From: a virus
DNA: 64,000 bases
Direction: 5' to 3' (one strand)
Virus record (IMG/VR): IMGVR_UViG_3300025120_014916
Coordinates: 64,001-128,000 of that record
Position 1 is the stretch's first letter. Each line of letters begins with the position of its first letter. Below are positions 56,615 through 64,000 of this stretch, one piece after another. Made by a program: the position numbers and the translations under genes. The notes beneath the pieces were generated by a model. It saw nothing but the letters and a program-made list of their open reading frames with translations. It was not told the DNA's origin and ran no database searches.

Positions 56615-58511
56615 ATGTCAATATCTCTTCAGCTGAATTCTCATTGTAACCATATTCTTCCATTAGAGTTACAAGCATCTCGCTGTATCTTTTCTTTTGG
56701 TTGTCATCTCTTGATTTTGATTTTGTAACAATCCTGGAAATGTCCTTTACAGATGTAATAAGGTATTGTTCTACTGCATCTTTTAGAGGCCCATAAGATT
56801 TATAATCAACTGTTTCTTTTCTTCGTAACTTAGAAAACATATAAGCAGTTACATCAGATCTAAAACCATCTCTAGCTGATCCGACCACACCAATCATCTC
56901 TTCAATAGATTTCATGAATTTTTCATCAGGTTGTCTTTCTTCTCTGGTTATTTTGTCTTTAAATCTAGTCTTAGTTGTATAAGCCTCTGCGTTATCTAGA
57001 TAAGAATCAAAAAGTGACTGCGCTTGTTCTTCGTAAGCTGTTATAAAAGCTTTCGCGATTTCTGTTTCTAGTATTCTTAAGTATTCTTCGCGAATAATCT
57101 TACCTAATATCTCTGTGTATCTACTTTTTGCTTCTTCGTCAATTATTTGTTCTTTTACTTGTCTAGACAGCGAGTCAATAACATTTATAGGAGTTATCAT
57201 GTTTTTATCAGAATCTGAAAGAGCTGCGTCCAATGCTTTCATGATAAATCTAGTTGAAATTCCTTCCATTCCTTCATGCTTAGCTTCGTCTTTTAAGTCT
57301 TTAATATCTACTTTTTTAACACGACCTTTTTCTATAATTGCTTCACCATTATAGATTTTCATTTTAGTAAGTAGATCGCACTTATTTGATGGCTTAAGTC
57401 TACTCATAACTGAAAACATGGAAGCTATTTTTAAAGCATGAGGTGCAATATGCGCTTTATTAAAGTCTGATTTTCTAATAACTTTTTCATAAATTTTCTG
57501 TTCTTGATCTAATTCTAAAACATAAGGTACTTCAATCTTTAACACCCTATCCAGAATAGCCTCGTTGGTGTGTTCAGATTTAAATCTGTTCCACTCTGAT
57601 TCGTTGCAATGTGATAATATTACGCCATCAAAGTAGATCATATCGTTCTTACCTGGGGAAGGTACACGCTTTTCTTGTGTTGCAGTTAACATTGTATGCA
57701 AGAATTCAATTTCATTTTTAAATACTTCAACAAATTCAACGATACCGCGGTTACCAACGTTAAACGCACCGTTAAGAGATAGGACTCTGGGATCATCTTC
57801 TGGATAAAGATCTAGTTTACTAATGTCTTCAGTTCCAATCAATACAGAGACATCCTGGGAGTTTGCATCCATAGGAGGCACCACAGCTATACCTCTGCGC
57901 CCTCTTTGAGAAAAAGTAGTCTGGGTGACTGGAAAATTTTCATATTTTCCATCAAATTCTGTCATAAGCCGGTGGCGACAAACTGGGCACAGATCACCTT
58001 CTAAATGTACACCCAGAATATCTTCAAATTCTGACCTTAGTCCTCGAGGAAGTAAGTGAAGTGGCTCTTCTTTGATTGGACAACCTTCCAAGTGATAAAA
58101 AGGCTGGGAGGACTCTAAGGACCTTTTTACAGCTTCTACTAACGCAGATTTTCCGGCACCAACTGGACCCATGAGCAAAAGTACTTGCCGGCTTTCTTCA
58201 CCTTTATGTGCTGCTGACTTTAAAAACCTCATCAGTTTGTTAATAACTGATTCCATTCCAAAAAACTCTTTTTCAAAATAGTCGTAAGTTCTAATCTTGT
58301 CACCATTAAATATGTCTCTATATTGGTCTGAATCAACATCAACAGTATCCATTCCAAACTTTAAGATGGCTTCGTAAAGTCTTTTATGGGCAAGTTTAAC
58401 TGTTTCCGGTTCTTCTTGTATGACTCTTAAGTAATCTAGAAAAGTTCCTTTAAACTTTTTATATTTTGAAGCTGATCTTTGTTTTTTGATCATATCTAAA
58501 AAATTGCTCAT
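56583..58511 (-). CDS. prkA: PrkA/YeaG-family AAA+ ATPase (annotated serine kinase)
   Basis: FFGME..I; GEESRQVLLLMGPVGAGKS (Walker A); GCPIKEEPL; NRGIVEFVEVFK; TATQEK; NEAILDR; GMEGISTRF; YGYNENSA.EIL.Y. 642 aa is the usual family length. Confidence 0.96.
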   Translation of the reverse strand: MSNFLDMIKKQRSASKYKKFKGTFLDYLRVIQEEPETVKLAHKRLYEAILKFGMDTVDVDSDQYRDIFNGDKIRTYDYFEKEFFGMESVINKLMRFLKSAAHKGEESRQVLLLMGPVGAGKSALVEAVKRSLESSQPFYHLEGCPIKEEPLHLLPRGLRSEFEDILGVHLEGDLCPVCRHRLMTEFDGKYENFPVTQTTFSQRGRRGIAVVPPMDANSQDVSVLIGTEDISKLDLYPEDDPRVLSLNGAFNVGNRGIVEFVEVFKNEIEFLHTMLTATQEKRVPSPGKNDMIYFDGVILSHCNESEWNRFKSEHTNEAILDRVLKIEVPYVLELDQEQKIYEKVIRKSDFNKAHIAPHALKIASMFSVMSRLKPSNKCDLLTKMKIYNGEAIIEKGRVKKVDIKDLKDEAKHEGMEGISTRFIMKALDAALSDSDKNMITPINVIDSLSRQVKEQIIDEEAKSRYTEILGKIIREEYLRILETEIAKAFITAYEEQAQSLFDSYLDNAEAYTTKTRFKDKITREERQPDEKFMKSIEEMIGVVGSARDGFRSDVTAYMFSKLRRKETVDYKSYGPLKDAVEQYLITSVKDISRIVTKSKSRDDNQKKRYSEMLVTLMEEYGYNENSAEEILTYAANNLWRDS

Positions 58512-58550
58512 TGTTTCCTCTTTTAATCTATGCTGTTATACATTTAGTAT

Positions 58551-58579
58551 ATTATACTGTTGTTAATGAATTGTTTAAA
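58551..58579 (-). promoter_or_regulatory. Sigma70-like promoter TTTAAA-N17-TATAAT upstream of prkA
   Basis: Consensus -10 at 58551-58556 in the spoVR-prkA gap; AT-rich background. Confidence 0.4.
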
Positions 58580-59918
58580 TTTCCCATACATCATTTTCAA
58601 TAATTGTAAATAATTTTACATCGCCTTCTTGCCATAAATGCCTTATGCTTTCCACTACATTGTCTGCATAGTCCAGATCTAGGTCGCGGCCATCATGTTC
58701 ATGCTTTAAAACCAAAGTTCCGTCTGAGTCGATTCTATCTACATAGATGTGTGGTATTGTATTGACGCCTGTATTTTTGATCATTTCGCTTCTTACTATT
58801 TGCCATTCCTCTTGATCTGATACTTCTGCTATGAATATATCGCCATTCTTCTTTCTTTCGTAAGCAAACATGTTTAATTCTCTAAAATCTTCTTCTTCTA
58901 GGAATAATCTAATTGCTGATACATCATCATGTATTTCTCTAACTTCAAAACATTTTTCTAATCCAAACTCTTTTTCAAGTTTTTGGAATATATAGAAACC
59001 TACGTGATAGGGGTTAACTCCCCCAATATGTGGCCGGACAACTGCATTGTGCATTTTAAGAAAAGGAACATGCATTCCATCATCTAGTTGAAGTTCATGT
59101 AGAATTTTGTAATGCCAAAAAGATGCCCAGCCTTCATTTAATATTTTTGTTTTTATCTGGGGCATAAAATAATGACTTTCATCTTTAACTATTTCAATTA
59201 AGTCTAATTGCCATTTTTCATAGCCGCGACTATACTCTAATAAAAAAGATAATAAATCATGATCTTGTTTAAGCAATCTTTTATTTAAAACATTGTAGTC
59301 TAATAATATTCCTTTTTCTTTATAAATGTTAAATCTATCAATCTCTGCTGTTTTAATTTCTGATTTTGATCTTCTGGGAATTCCGTACCTTTCTGTTTGA
59401 AACCTGACAGTGTGTAAACTATCTAAAAACTTTTCTACTTTCTCTTGACCTATATTAGGATCTTCGGTGTACTCTTGAATTCTACGTTTAGCATTTCTCA
59501 TTTTAGAAACTATGGTTTCCGGATCTGTTTTACTAAAACATCTATTATTTTTAAAAAAGTCACTATGACCTACGCAATGAGCCATAATCAAGACTTGCAA
59601 ATAAAAATCATTTTGTAGCATTAAATAAGCTATTGAAGGATTTGAGTTAATGATTAATTCATAAGGAAGACCACTTTGACCCATATTATACATAAAGTGT
59701 GTTTTTTCAAATGATTTACCATAAGACCAGTGATTATAGTGACTAGGCATTCCATGATATGCCATATGTCCAATCATTTCATAATAGTCACAAATTTCAT
59801 AATTAATAGGATACCAGTCTAGATCATATTTTTTTGCAATTTCGCATATCTTATCATCAAATACTTTAAGGTCTTCTATTTTATACTTATCTTTATTGAA
59901 CTTCATATTTACCACCAA
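58575..59918 (-). CDS. spoVR: SpoVR/YcgB family protein
   Basis: GMPSHYNHWSYGK; LPYELIINSNP; AHCVGHSDFFKNN; ES.YFMPQIKTKILNEGWASFWH; NPYHVG; L.H.HDGRDL. Confidence 0.95.
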   Translation of the reverse strand: MVVNMKFNKDKYKIEDLKVFDDKICEIAKKYDLDWYPINYEICDYYEMIGHMAYHGMPSHYNHWSYGKSFEKTHFMYNMGQSGLPYELIINSNPSIAYLMLQNDFYLQVLIMAHCVGHSDFFKNNRCFSKTDPETIVSKMRNAKRRIQEYTEDPNIGQEKVEKFLDSLHTVRFQTERYGIPRRSKSEIKTAEIDRFNIYKEKGILLDYNVLNKRLLKQDHDLLSFLLEYSRGYEKWQLDLIEIVKDESHYFMPQIKTKILNEGWASFWHYKILHELQLDDGMHVPFLKMHNAVVRPHIGGVNPYHVGFYIFQKLEKEFGLEKCFEVREIHDDVSAIRLFLEEEDFRELNMFAYERKKNGDIFIAEVSDQEEWQIVRSEMIKNTGVNTIPHIYVDRIDSDGTLVLKHEHDGRDLDLDYADNVVESIRHLWQEGDVKLFTIIENDVWEI

Positions 59919-61065
59919 GAAGTCTAGAAAACTCAGGCCAGATATCTTTTTTACCTGAGACTTTTACCACCTTAAAACTATCTGATGACAGTGGCTCGAA
60001 TACTTTTGCCATTTCTTCTCCCCACATAGATTCTTTCTGGCCTTTTATTTGAATATAACCAGATAATTGACTAAGATTAATTAATCTTTCCATATAATCT
60101 ACTGCTTTAACATTGTCTTCTTTCCAGTTTTCACCATCTGAGCAGTGGAAAGTATATATATTCCAAGCGCTTGGGGAATATCTTTCATTTACAATATCAT
60201 GTGCCATTTTAAGACCGGAGCTTATGTAAGTACCACCCGATGAACCTTTTTTAAAAAAATCATCTTCGTTAACTTCTTGAGCTTCTGTTGAGTGAGAAAT
60301 AAATACTGTTTCAATATTTTGATATCTATACCTTATAAACTGATATAGTAAGAAAAAGAACGATCTGGCCAAATATTTTTTAGTTTTTGTCATTGAACCT
60401 GACGTGTCCATTATGAAAAATATTACTGCACTAGTAACCGGTTTTTTAGTAACCTCTATGTGCTTATATTTCAAATCATCATCATGAAAAGTAAATCTTT
60501 CATCACCTTCCGGATCGTGTGTACCGTTTCTTATTGCAGCTTTTTTTCTTCTTATCTTATTTTTAAGTGTTTCTTTTTTTGAAAGTCTAGGTCTTATCCC
60601 TTTTGTTCTATATCCTTTTCTTTTTACTTTTTCAGAAAATATTTCTGCAGATTTCTTTTTAACTAGATCAGGCAAGTCTAAATCATCAAATAGATACTGG
60701 GCTAGTTCATCTAAAGATACTTCAACATCATAGTAGTCTTCGCCCTTTTCGTTTCCCGGCTTATCAGGGTCTCCTTTACCTTTTTGTTTTTGTCCTTCTT
60801 TTATCTTCTGACCCTTTTTAATATCAGATCCAGGTGCAGCACCTACCCCCTTAGATCCGTTTCCTTGATCGTAAATGAATCTGTATTCTTTCATACCTCT
60901 TACAGGTATCTTAATCTTCTTTTTTCCACTCTTTCCTATAATGCTTTCTTCAGCTATAATATCATGAATGCCTTCTTTGATAGCTTTATCTATTTTTTCT
61001 TTATGTCTTCTTCTATCTGATGCTGATCGATCAGCATTAGTATTGTGTTTTTTAAATATTGACAT
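59893..61065 (-). CDS. yeaH: YeaH/YhbH (DUF444) vWA-domain protein
   Basis: ASDRRRHKEKI; IPVRGMKEYRF; FIMDTSGSM (MIDAS DxSxS); A.EV.E..FF...SGGT..SSG; YSPSAWNIY.FHCSDGENW. Confidence 0.95.
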   Translation of the reverse strand: MSIFKKHNTNADRSASDRRRHKEKIDKAIKEGIHDIIAEESIIGKSGKKKIKIPVRGMKEYRFIYDQGNGSKGVGAAPGSDIKKGQKIKEGQKQKGKGDPDKPGNEKGEDYYDVEVSLDELAQYLFDDLDLPDLVKKKSAEIFSEKVKRKGYRTKGIRPRLSKKETLKNKIRRKKAAIRNGTHDPEGDERFTFHDDDLKYKHIEVTKKPVTSAVIFFIMDTSGSMTKTKKYLARSFFFLLYQFIRYRYQNIETVFISHSTEAQEVNEDDFFKKGSSGGTYISSGLKMAHDIVNERYSPSAWNIYTFHCSDGENWKEDNVKAVDYMERLINLSQLSGYIQIKGQKESMWGEEMAKVFEPLSSDSFKVVKVSGKKDIWPEFSRLLGGKYEVQ

Positions 61066-61243
61066 TAATAAATTACCTCTCTATGCTATAATTATACCTA
61101 TAATTATTATGAGGTATATAGAAATTTATGAATAATGAATTATTATGTATAATAAAAGTACATATGTACATTTATAAAAATACTTTAAAGAATAATTATA
61201 TTTAAATGTTAGGATAATAAAATTAATCTAGGAATAAGTTGAG

Positions 61244-62017
61244 ATGAAAGACATTAATATACTAAACACAATTTTAAAAGATTTACAAAAATTAAATGAA
61301 AAAAAGAAAAAATTATCAAAGAAGCAAATGAAAATTGCACAAGCTGCACCACCTCCTGACGAAATAACAGGAGCAGACTTTAAAGCACTTAATAAGAATG
61401 AAGATAGGGATCTAGATCCTGGATATAAGCCGGGCAGAAGCCCGGGTGAACAGGATAAATTAAAAAAGGCAACAGCTGCTTACAGAAAAGCTGTTAAGAC
61501 ACCCGGAAAAGCTGATGATAATAAAGCCATTAAAGCTCGAAATAAGGTTGCCGAAAGCAAAACTATAAAAATAGACCCAGATATTATTCGTGAGTATATT
61601 GAGGAGTTAATAGAAGAACAGAAACTATATGCTGCACTTGAAGAAGTTTATCAAATTGAAGACGCTGAGTCAGAAATAAGAGATCTTTTAGAATATTCAG
61701 AAATTAGTGACTTGGATGAAAAAAAGCGTCGCAAAAAAAGAAAGAAGCGCAAAAAAAGAAAATCAACAAAATCAGGTCGTACGCTTTCTAAGCCAACTAA
61801 AAAATCGCTTGATAAAAAGGCAGATCGTAGGTGTTTGACTAGAGGATCTGTTTATGCAGAATTTAGAGCAGGTTTGGGTGCTTATTACACCTCAGGTTCT
61901 AGAAAGGGAATGACTCCACAACAATGGGCCCATGCTAGAGTTAATTCTGCGAACCCAAATAAGTCATGGGCTAAAGTTAAAAAGCGTAAAAAGTGCCCTA
62001 AAAAGAAAAAGAAATAA
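61244..62017 (+). CDS. Highly basic protein with a C-terminal DUF5824-like domain
   Basis: Basic run KKRRKKRKKRKKRK; SLDKKA...GSVYAEFRAGLGAYYTSGSRKGMTPQQWAHARVNS resembles the viral DUF5824 pattern (RG.AAW..G.RPG....QW..ARVNS). Confidence 0.6.
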   Translation: MKDINILNTILKDLQKLNEKKKKLSKKQMKIAQAAPPPDEITGADFKALNKNEDRDLDPGYKPGRSPGEQDKLKKATAAYRKAVKTPGKADDNKAIKARNKVAESKTIKIDPDIIREYIEELIEEQKLYAALEEVYQIEDAESEIRDLLEYSEISDLDEKKRRKKRKKRKKRKSTKSGRTLSKPTKKSLDKKADRRCLTRGSVYAEFRAGLGAYYTSGSRKGMTPQQWAHARVNSANPNKSWAKVKKRKKCPKKKKK

Positions 62018-62019
62018 TA

Positions 62020-62727
62020 TTATAGATCGCTAAGATTTTGATCTTCAATATTGTTCATTGTATCGAAAAGTTTTTGTAAAAGGCCTTGACTTCTAAGTAC
62101 CTTATATATGATATTCTCATCAGATAACTCTCCTGCCTTTTCAAGACCTGATGCTCTCATTTTCTTAAGTTTTTTAATCATTTTTACTATATCAGTAGTC
62201 GAGGACTTTTTTATGGAATCTTTTAAGATACTATTAATCTCTTTAGCAACCTTTTTTGATCCTCTTTCTATGCTTTTAATATCAATACCGCTCTTAAACT
62301 TTTTAGGTTTGACTACCCACTCATCTTCTTCTACACTATATACTCCTGAAGATGAGTGTGGTTCATTTGTGTCTTGTGGATACAATTCAACTTCTATACC
62401 TTTAAGTTCTATGTCATGCCTGTCATTCCAGAAAGATTTTTTTGCATTAAAAAATTCTTTTACCAGGTCTTCATCTTCATTTAGAGATGACATGTCTACT
62501 AGTATATGTAAGTCAATATCACTAAATACAGTGTAGTTGTAATTTGCATAAGATCCTGTCATTGTAATGTCGACAACGTCTATAGGGATTCCTAGATAGT
62601 CAATAAATGCGTCTGATATTTTAAGTAATGCTTTCCTAAATTCGGGAAGCATTTCCTCTCCTATCCATACTTTTTTACTTAGTTGATTATGAGGCAAGTG
62701 AGATTTTATTGTTTTCTTGATGTTCAT
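62020..62727 (-). CDS. Pol-beta superfamily nucleotidyltransferase
   Basis: DITMTGSYANYNY..FSDIDLHILVD (GS-x-DxD); third acidic residue in EVELY. Confidence 0.85.
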   Translation of the reverse strand: MNIKKTIKSHLPHNQLSKKVWIGEEMLPEFRKALLKISDAFIDYLGIPIDVVDITMTGSYANYNYTVFSDIDLHILVDMSSLNEDEDLVKEFFNAKKSFWNDRHDIELKGIEVELYPQDTNEPHSSSGVYSVEEDEWVVKPKKFKSGIDIKSIERGSKKVAKEINSILKDSIKKSSTTDIVKMIKKLKKMRASGLEKAGELSDENIIYKVLRSQGLLQKLFDTMNNIEDQNLSDL

Positions 62728-63646
62728 TTATCCAATCCTTCCTGTATTTCATTAAAGCTTTTTCTTTAGCTTTAGCTTCAATAACAATATCGAGTCTATG
62801 TCCGTAATTTTCTATCTTATCATAAATATAGTCTGAATGGGCATTCAGCACTTTCTTTTTTCCTTCTTTGAGACATGCTGACTCAGAGTAGTGACACGTT
62901 GGTACAATTTCTCCCCACGTCGACACAGCGATGGCAAGCGCATCTTTTTCGCTAATGCCGCCACTCCGAAACTTGTGATGATGATAATCAAATACAATCG
63001 GGCAGCCGGTATTTTTGTAGACTCCTTCATAAAGATCCTGTGTTGAAAATAAGTTTGGTCTATCGTCGTTTTCTATAGTCAGTCTAGATTTTACACTGTC
63101 ATTGAGTAAATTAAAGTTTTTGCAAAATCGCTCCATTGCACTTTTACGATCCCCATACGAAGCGCCTATATGAATATTTATTTTTGCATTATGATTTCGT
63201 GGCATTCCCATAGTATCCATAATCTTACCGTGAATAGAAAGGTCAACAATACTGTTTGCAACAACATATTCTTTGTTTGAAGAAAGAATATTAAAAGGCC
63301 CGGGATGAAAAGATAAACGTATGCCATTTTCTTTTGCATAGTCACCTGCTCTTTTAAGATTATAAGCAATTTTTTCCCATTGCTGCAAATCTTCTAACAT
63401 ATATTCAGATGCCCATGGAAATAAGCAGGATGACATTCTAAAGACTTTTATGTTGTGCCTTTGATTCCACATAAGGATAGGTAAAATGTCCCTTGTATTT
63501 AATTCTGCTAGCTCAGATGCATATTCTACGCCCTTAGCTTTAAACGTTCTTTTTATCATACTTCTATTTGTTGTGATCCTTTGCTTTTTAGGTCTTTCTG
63601 ACAGTTCCATGCATATGCATGCGTAGCCTAGTTGAATTTTTGACAT
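62687..63646 (-). CDS. uvsE: UV damage endonuclease UvsE/UvdE
   Basis: LGYAC; FRMSS.LFP; RLSFHPG.F; INIHIG; RLTIENDD; PIVFDYHHH; CHYSES; HSDYI; IEAKAKE.A. Confidence 0.95.
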   Translation of the reverse strand: MSKIQLGYACICMELSERPKKQRITTNRSMIKRTFKAKGVEYASELAELNTRDILPILMWNQRHNIKVFRMSSCLFPWASEYMLEDLQQWEKIAYNLKRAGDYAKENGIRLSFHPGPFNILSSNKEYVVANSIVDLSIHGKIMDTMGMPRNHNAKINIHIGASYGDRKSAMERFCKNFNLLNDSVKSRLTIENDDRPNLFSTQDLYEGVYKNTGCPIVFDYHHHKFRSGGISEKDALAIAVSTWGEIVPTCHYSESACLKEGKKKVLNAHSDYIYDKIENYGHRLDIVIEAKAKEKALMKYRKDWINEHQENNKISLAS

Positions 63647-63725
63647 AAAGTATCTCCTTTAGTGATATGTATTTAATAGACGGGGGTCTAGTTTTAGGGG
63701 TTAGTAAGTGAAAAAAATAAAAATA

Positions 63726-64000
63726 ATGAGGGGTATTATGTTTGGTTTTATTATAATCCTTTTCATATTTGGTTGCATGAATATGAAAAGTGATAACGTA
63801 AGCAAAGGTGTAGAAAACTACTTTAATAAAAGTGTTGATAATAGATATAAAATTGGCATTGACAATTTTGTTTATATGGTTAAAAAACATCAACTAGATA
63901 TTGGTTGTGAAGGCATGACAGATATTCCTGTTTGCATACCCGTCATAACATCAACTGCATCCGGTTTAGTTTTTTCATCAGATGATAATTCAGTTTTTAT
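63726..64000 (+). CDS. Putative lipoprotein, possibly a trypsin-like serine protease; 3'-truncated
   Basis: Not in the ORF track. MRGIMFGFIIILFIFGC has a lipobox-like end; the frame is open to the edge and ends ...TSTASGLVFSSDDNSVF, like the strand preceding the TAAH motif of S1 proteases. Confidence 0.5.
   Translation, partial: MRGIMFGFIIILFIFGCMNMKSDNVSKGVENYFNKSVDNRYKIGIDNFVYMVKKHQLDIGCEGMTDIPVCIPVITSTASGLVFSSDDNSVF

Noticed and set aside
61158-61169. 12-bp palindrome GTACATATGTAC in the divergent gap
   Set aside because: Single occurrence in very AT-rich DNA; could be an operator but unsupported.
63676-63690. Short hairpin TAGAC-GGGG-GTCTA between uvsE and the lipoprotein gene
   Set aside because: Only a 5-bp stem between divergent genes; not a convincing terminator.
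4244-63893. Many other 60-150 aa ORFs opposite or nested in long genes (e.g. 47769..47957, 49356..49544, 62845..63030, 63178..63369)
   Set aside because: They overlap well-supported genes and show no motifs or RBS.
1-64000. Stop-codon reassignment as seen in some large phages
   Set aside because: Long genes are intact under the standard code and end in TAA, TAG or TGA at positions abutting the next gene.

Overview
A very AT-rich, densely coding window that is almost entirely on the minus strand. It reads as part of a large (jumbo-type) myovirus genome rather than a cellular chromosome. From left to right: (i) about 23 kb of tail/baseplate morphogenesis genes, including T4 gp25-, gp6- and gp5-like proteins, large LamG-lectin proteins and a >1260-aa ORF that runs off the left edge and is missing from the ORF track; (ii) a gp55-like sigma factor; (iii) a ~22-kb glycan island with 8-10 glycosyltransferases, 4 SAM methyltransferases, an epimerase, a short UDP-sugar dehydrogenase, a radical SAM enzyme, a 2OG-Fe(II) oxygenase, a deacetylase and an apparently complete Kdo activation module (HAD phosphatase, KdsA, SIS-only KdsD, cytidylyltransferase), interrupted by a Cas4-like nuclease and a SET-domain gene broken by a 7-bp duplication; (iv) a 1943-aa modular tail fibre, PIN-PhoH and a stand-alone sigma region-4 protein; (v) a run of yeaH (vWA), spoVR and prkA (AAA+), with prkA overlapping a degenerate GroEL-like protein, followed by two unknown proteins and an Hc1 histone-like protein; (vi) a basic DUF5824-like protein, a Pol-beta-type nucleotidyltransferase, UvsE and a truncated lipoprotein/protease. 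The best candidates for undescribed systems are the phage-borne YeaH-SpoVR-PrkA plus degenerate-chaperonin unit and the phage Kdo/glycan island next to the tail fibre. All product calls come from motif recognition by eye; no database search was run. No tRNA, rRNA or CRISPR array was recognised.
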